DNA of 64,000 nt, from positions 496,001 through 560,000 of the forward strand of contig NW_027270925.1 of the NCBI RefSeq assembly GCF_040938485.1, read 5' to 3'. The notes beneath the pieces were generated by a model that had not been told where the DNA came from, did no database searches, and saw only the letters and a program-made list of their open reading frames with translations. The first letter of the stretch is position 1. Each line of letters starts with the position of its first letter. Positions 59,794-64,000 of the stretch are shown here, one piece after another. A program made the position numbers and the translations under genes. The DNA is from Diadema antillarum (lineage: Eukaryota).

Positions 59794-60384
59794 CGTATAT
59801 GATGCACTGGGCTGTACCCTGGCAAACCATCATACCCTGGGATACTGTGTTATATGGTGCCATCTCAATGTACATGATGTACATTTAGACACTGCGATCA
59901 TGGCAGCTATAGGACTCGGCGACAATAATCCCAATACCATTTCAGCGCTGGTATGGATTTTATATAACTTCAATTACAATATCAATAAAAGTAATGACAC
60001 TTTTTTTCTGTTTTCAAAATATTATTACAATTTTGAACAGTAATTCAGAATGAGATCATAATCCAGGAACTTGTGCTCTGATTACTTATTTTACGTTTTC
60101 CTCGGATTGGTAATGCACAGAGTGGCGGAGGTGTCTGCTTGTGACACTGAGATCACTGGTGTAGCATATGTGATGAGCACTGATGTTATGACGCTGCTGC
60201 ACAGCTGAGATTATTGTTGCAACAAAAGTTTCTTTTATAAAGCGCTAAAATTACTTTCACCCAATTTTTGGTAACCCTGGGTACAGTGCAAAAAAAAAGA
60301 AAAGAAAAGGAAAAAAAGAAGATAATGGTGGATTTCTAATTGGTACACCAGGGTACCAAAAACCACATCATATGGTACTGTTTA

Positions 60385-60385
<1 letters not shown>

Positions 60386-60435
<50 letters not shown>

Positions 60436-60465
60436 GTACATGTGTGGGCATGTATGTGTGTGTGA
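60386..60465. repeat. (TG)n microsatellite
   Basis: Direct reading of the sequence. Confidence 0.9.
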
Positions 60466-60745
60466 GAGAGGACAAATCATTTCCAGAACACTGGAAGATC
60501 CTGAACCAGAGTGAACAATTGAACAAATAAACACAACTTCCTTTTAATTGTGCTTGATTTTGCAAAGATGAAGCTTTAATAGTGTAGCAGGATTACAATA
60601 AGAAGGTTGCTGTGAAATGTTCACATAATATGTTGATTGCACTGTAATTCTGTTGTATGATCATTAAAAGAAAGTCCGTGTAACGTCTGAACATCTTTTG
60701 AATTGTTACTTAAGAGAGGAGTGGCTGTGTATGTTCTTTCTGTAG

Positions 60746-60865
60746 GAGATGAAACGGGTACGGCTGAGGACACTTTGGAGTTCCAGCTAAAGGTGAAGTG
60801 TTCTAAGAACCCCAATGCACCCAAGGATGCTACAGACCCAGATGAACTGTACAAGAATGCCAAAG
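60746..60865 (+). CDS. POLR1C: POLR1C exon 5 ([19 protein letters not shown]...NAK)
   Basis: 120 nt; phase 1 to 1. Confidence 0.94.
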
Positions 60866-61042
60866 GTACCTAGAGATTCATTTCATGATAGGATTGACTC
60901 ATCCATAGTTCTTCCTGTTGTACGTGTTTTTGTTTATTTCTATAAGAAATGTATGACGCTTCACTTTTTGAGGTATTCCAGAAGGGACAATAATGAAAAA
61001 CTAGAAATTTTTGTGTGCATGAAACTTTTGTGAATTTCTTAA

Positions 61043-61600
61043 AGGGAAGGTAAACCCAAAGAACAATGTGGATTGAGTGAAAGCAGCAACATTAGTAGAA
61101 CACATCAGTGAAAGTTTGAGGAAAATCGGACAATTGATGCAGAAGTTATGAATTTTTAAAGTTTTGGTGTTGGAGCCGCTGGATGAGGAGAGTACTAGAG
61201 GATATGACGTATGAGTGGTCAACAATACTAAGAAAATATAAAGGAAATTCAACAAAAATTCACTTTTCTAGAATTATGAAAGAGCAATGGACCAACTGCT
61301 TTCAGAAAGCAGGGGGAATATTTGCTACCTTTAACATATGCCAATATCAAGTTGATGGAATTTGTAATTTTCATGAAAAATGGATTTTTGCGGAATTTTC
61401 TTTATATTTTCTTGGTATTGTTGTCCACTCATACGTCATAACCTCTAGTAGTCTCATCATCCAGCAGTTCCAACATCAAAACTTTAAAAATTCATAACTT
61501 TTGCATCGATTGTCCGATTTTCTTCAAACTTTCACTGATGTGTTCTACTAATGTTGCTGCTTTCACTCAATCGACATTGCCCTTGGGGTTTATCTTCCCT
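61043..61600. mobile_element. Kolobok-like fold-back MITE with ~220-bp TIRs
   Basis: TTAA|AGGGAAGGTAAACCC ... GGGGTTTATCTTCCCT|TTAA; the long arms are near-complementary. Confidence 0.85.
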
Positions 61601-62643
61601 TTAAGGAGCCAAGTTTCTTGATTTTTTTATTTTTTATATTTTTTTAACACAATGCATTGAATGCCAGTTGCCAAAGTTTCAAGCTGAGAAAAGGGCTGTT
61701 GGCTCCAGTTTGCACAAGTTTCATGCTGCTAATATTTCTGGTTTTACAGTAAGCCTTATTTTGACTAAAGCTGGTTCTTAAATTAAGCTAAATCTAAAAC
61801 TTTATCGGAAAATCTAATACGTAGATGAGGCACTGAAAATATGCTTTGGTGGATATAGTTTCCATTATTCACTCAGTCAGAGAGCACCAGTTGGAAACAG
61901 AAAATCTGGGAGCAAGATATGATTCATTGTCCCTGAAAGAGATGATAAAATGATGATTCATCTCCAACTTATCAGATGTAGCAAAAAAGGTTGCTGAAAA
62001 CTGCTTATCCAGTAGTAGCGAGCCAATGGAGTAAAATGAAGTCAAAAGGGGCCTGAGCTTTCGATCCTGGCAGAATTTTTGTCAGAGGCAAAAATCAGGC
62101 TGAATTTATCAGACTTGCATAACTAACCTTAACTTCAAGTCGATACCAGATTAATTCAAAGATCACTGTTTATTTTCATTCCCATAATTGCAATTGATTT
62201 TCTGATCCTCTCTTTACATGATTTTATAATTAAATCCATATATACGAACATGTTTTCACCATCAATCACACTTGTTCAGTCTCTTTGCTCTCTCCTAGAT
62301 TGATATAAGGTGTGTAAATTATGAAACTTTACTCACCTTTGACATAGCAAAGACGGACTAGCGACATGCATACTGGTGGTCATTGTGCATTTGCTAAACG
62401 TGAATTTTTTGCCCCACTTTAAGCTGGATTTTTCATTTCTTTGTTCGAGTCATTTGCTGTTGTTTATGAATTCTTTTGTTTTGTGCTGTTATATTTGTTT
62501 ACTCTTGCAGGTATCACTTTCGGATTGGCACTTTTGGGATGACTAGGGTTTCATTGTGACTATAATACTTTTTTTGATACTTTTCCCCAAAATCAAGTAC
62601 TTGTGATTGTATTTCTGTATTTTTTGTTGTTGTTGCTTTCCAG

Positions 62644-62693
62644 TTACAACAGAGCACATCAAGTGGATACCCCTAGGAAACCAAGAGGAACTG
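62644..62693 (+). CDS. POLR1C: POLR1C exon 6 (VTTEHIKWIPLGNQEEL)
   Basis: 50 nt; conserved WIPLGNQ; phase 1 to 0. Confidence 0.92.
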
Positions 62694-63281
62694 GTGAGAA
62701 CTTTACCACTTATAACTGACATGATTCATGTCTTTACTACATTCGTGTGTGCAGCAAGAGGTTAGGTCCTGACAAGTAGGTGTACCAAGGAATAGGACCA
62801 AAGGATGATAGGTCCAAAGGATTTAAGGTTTCACTATTACTAGGAAGCATTATTTTGCCTTCTCTTATGAGCAGGATATATGCATGCAGAGCTTTCTAAA
62901 CAAGAAGGCCAACTAGGACAACAACAACAAAATGTTAGCTAGAGGACATGATTATTAGTGATCACCACCAGTCATTATGGCAAAATGGTTGTAAACATTC
63001 AAATGGAACTTTACAAGACTACATTTTCTTGATGAAGCTGAACTGTGTATCAAAATTGTGTACACACCATCACTGTCCAGTGATTGCCAAAGTCTTAAGG
63101 TGATACAAACTATACAGATACCCAAATAAATTTAAATAATAGTAGATTGAATAGATGTAACCATCTTTCTGATCAGGCTATGCAAGGGGATAGGGAATTT
63201 CATTGTCAGCATGAAAACTGTCAGTTTCTACATATCTTCATGTAAGAGACTGCTTATTGCTTTTATTTTGTCTGTTTTCAG

Positions 63282-63414
63282 TATGGACCCAAAGGCATTG
63301 GTCCAGTAGACAAGGACATTCTAATAGCCAAGCTGAGACCTGGGCAGGAGATCGACCTCAAAATGCACTGTGTGAAGGGAATTGGCAAGGACCATGCCAA
63401 GTTCTCACCTGTCG
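63282..63414 (+). CDS. POLR1C: POLR1C exon 7 (...[33 protein letters not shown]); gene continues beyond the window
   Basis: 133 nt; conserved [13 protein letters not shown] motif; GTAAGC donor. Confidence 0.96.
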
Positions 63415-63536
63415 GTAAGCATGCATGGTAAACGTGATGTTTAGTTTGAGTGTCGGTGTTAAAAACTTATTTCGACAGCAAGTAGCTTCAAGTGTACATT
63501 TTGTTCTGATGTAGAATGCAATACATTGTTGCTTAA

Positions 63537-64000
63537 AGGAGAAGTCCGGACGATTTTGAAAAAAATTAACCAAAATCTACATAAATAAAGGACCATAATG
63601 ACTAAGTTTCATTGAAAAAGACCCTCCCAACTCGCCACAATCGATTTTTTAGCATCACTAATTTTGAATCGTAACCGTTCGATTTCTGTACGCCGGCGAG
63701 AAAGATCACGTGACAGCGTGACGTTTCATCCTCACATTGCTTTTTGCTTGGAGCGTCAGCTGGCTCGGGGGAGCCCTGCTTGAGCAACGGTGATACGGGC
63801 CAAGCAAGCGGTAGTAGCGTACCGCTCAACAGTCTCTGACCACACAGCGGATGCACGCGGCATGATCTATTGCTTCATTAAAAAAATGCCGATGTGTCAA
63901 GTGTTAGGGTGTTGTCAATACTTCAACTTTACTAGTAAGTCTTCAAATTGAAGAAATATTTCGATTTTAAATTGATATCTATCCACGATACTACCTTTAC
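63537..64000. mobile_element. Kolobok-like element, left end only
   Basis: TTAA|AGGAGAAGTCCGG start followed by a CpG-rich interior inside a CpG-poor intron; right end not in the window. Confidence 0.5.

Noticed and set aside
60120-60207. H/ACA snoRNA reading of the POLR1C intron 4 element
   Set aside because: A hairpin followed by ACA exists, but there is no ANANNA H box between the two hairpins.

Overview
Eukaryotic animal DNA, not prokaryotic. The intron-rich genes, TE families and CpG mosaic suggest an invertebrate deuterostome, probably an echinoderm (inference). Four protein-coding genes are supported by hand-spliced, frame-consistent models. (1) An intronless aminergic class A GPCR with histamine H3/H4-type pocket residues (6942-8213, +). 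(2) A 10-exon ARHGAP11A-like RhoGAP (29494-42991, +, 1381 aa). (3) AP2S1, AP-2 sigma (4 exons, -, 142 aa, 55464-51204). (4) The first 7 coding exons of POLR1C/RPAC1 (+, from 56272, running off the window), head-to-head with AP2S1. The rest is a dense field of non-autonomous DNA transposons, LINE/SINE remnants and satellites. The most unusual structure is a cluster of six ~530-bp CACTG-ended elements in 9 kb: one copy has inserted into the terminal TA of another, and two copies form a 1.09-kb near-palindrome. Also notable are three CAG-ended MITE families with 5-, 6- and 7-bp target duplications, an inverted piggyBac-like MITE pair behind AP2S1, a sharp CpG-rich to CpG-poor switch at the RhoGAP gene body, and a candidate structured RNA in a POLR1C intron. 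No CRISPR array, rRNA or intact tRNA was seen. I found no evidence of a wholly new multi-gene system. All comparisons to human proteins and TE superfamilies are from memory, not database searches.
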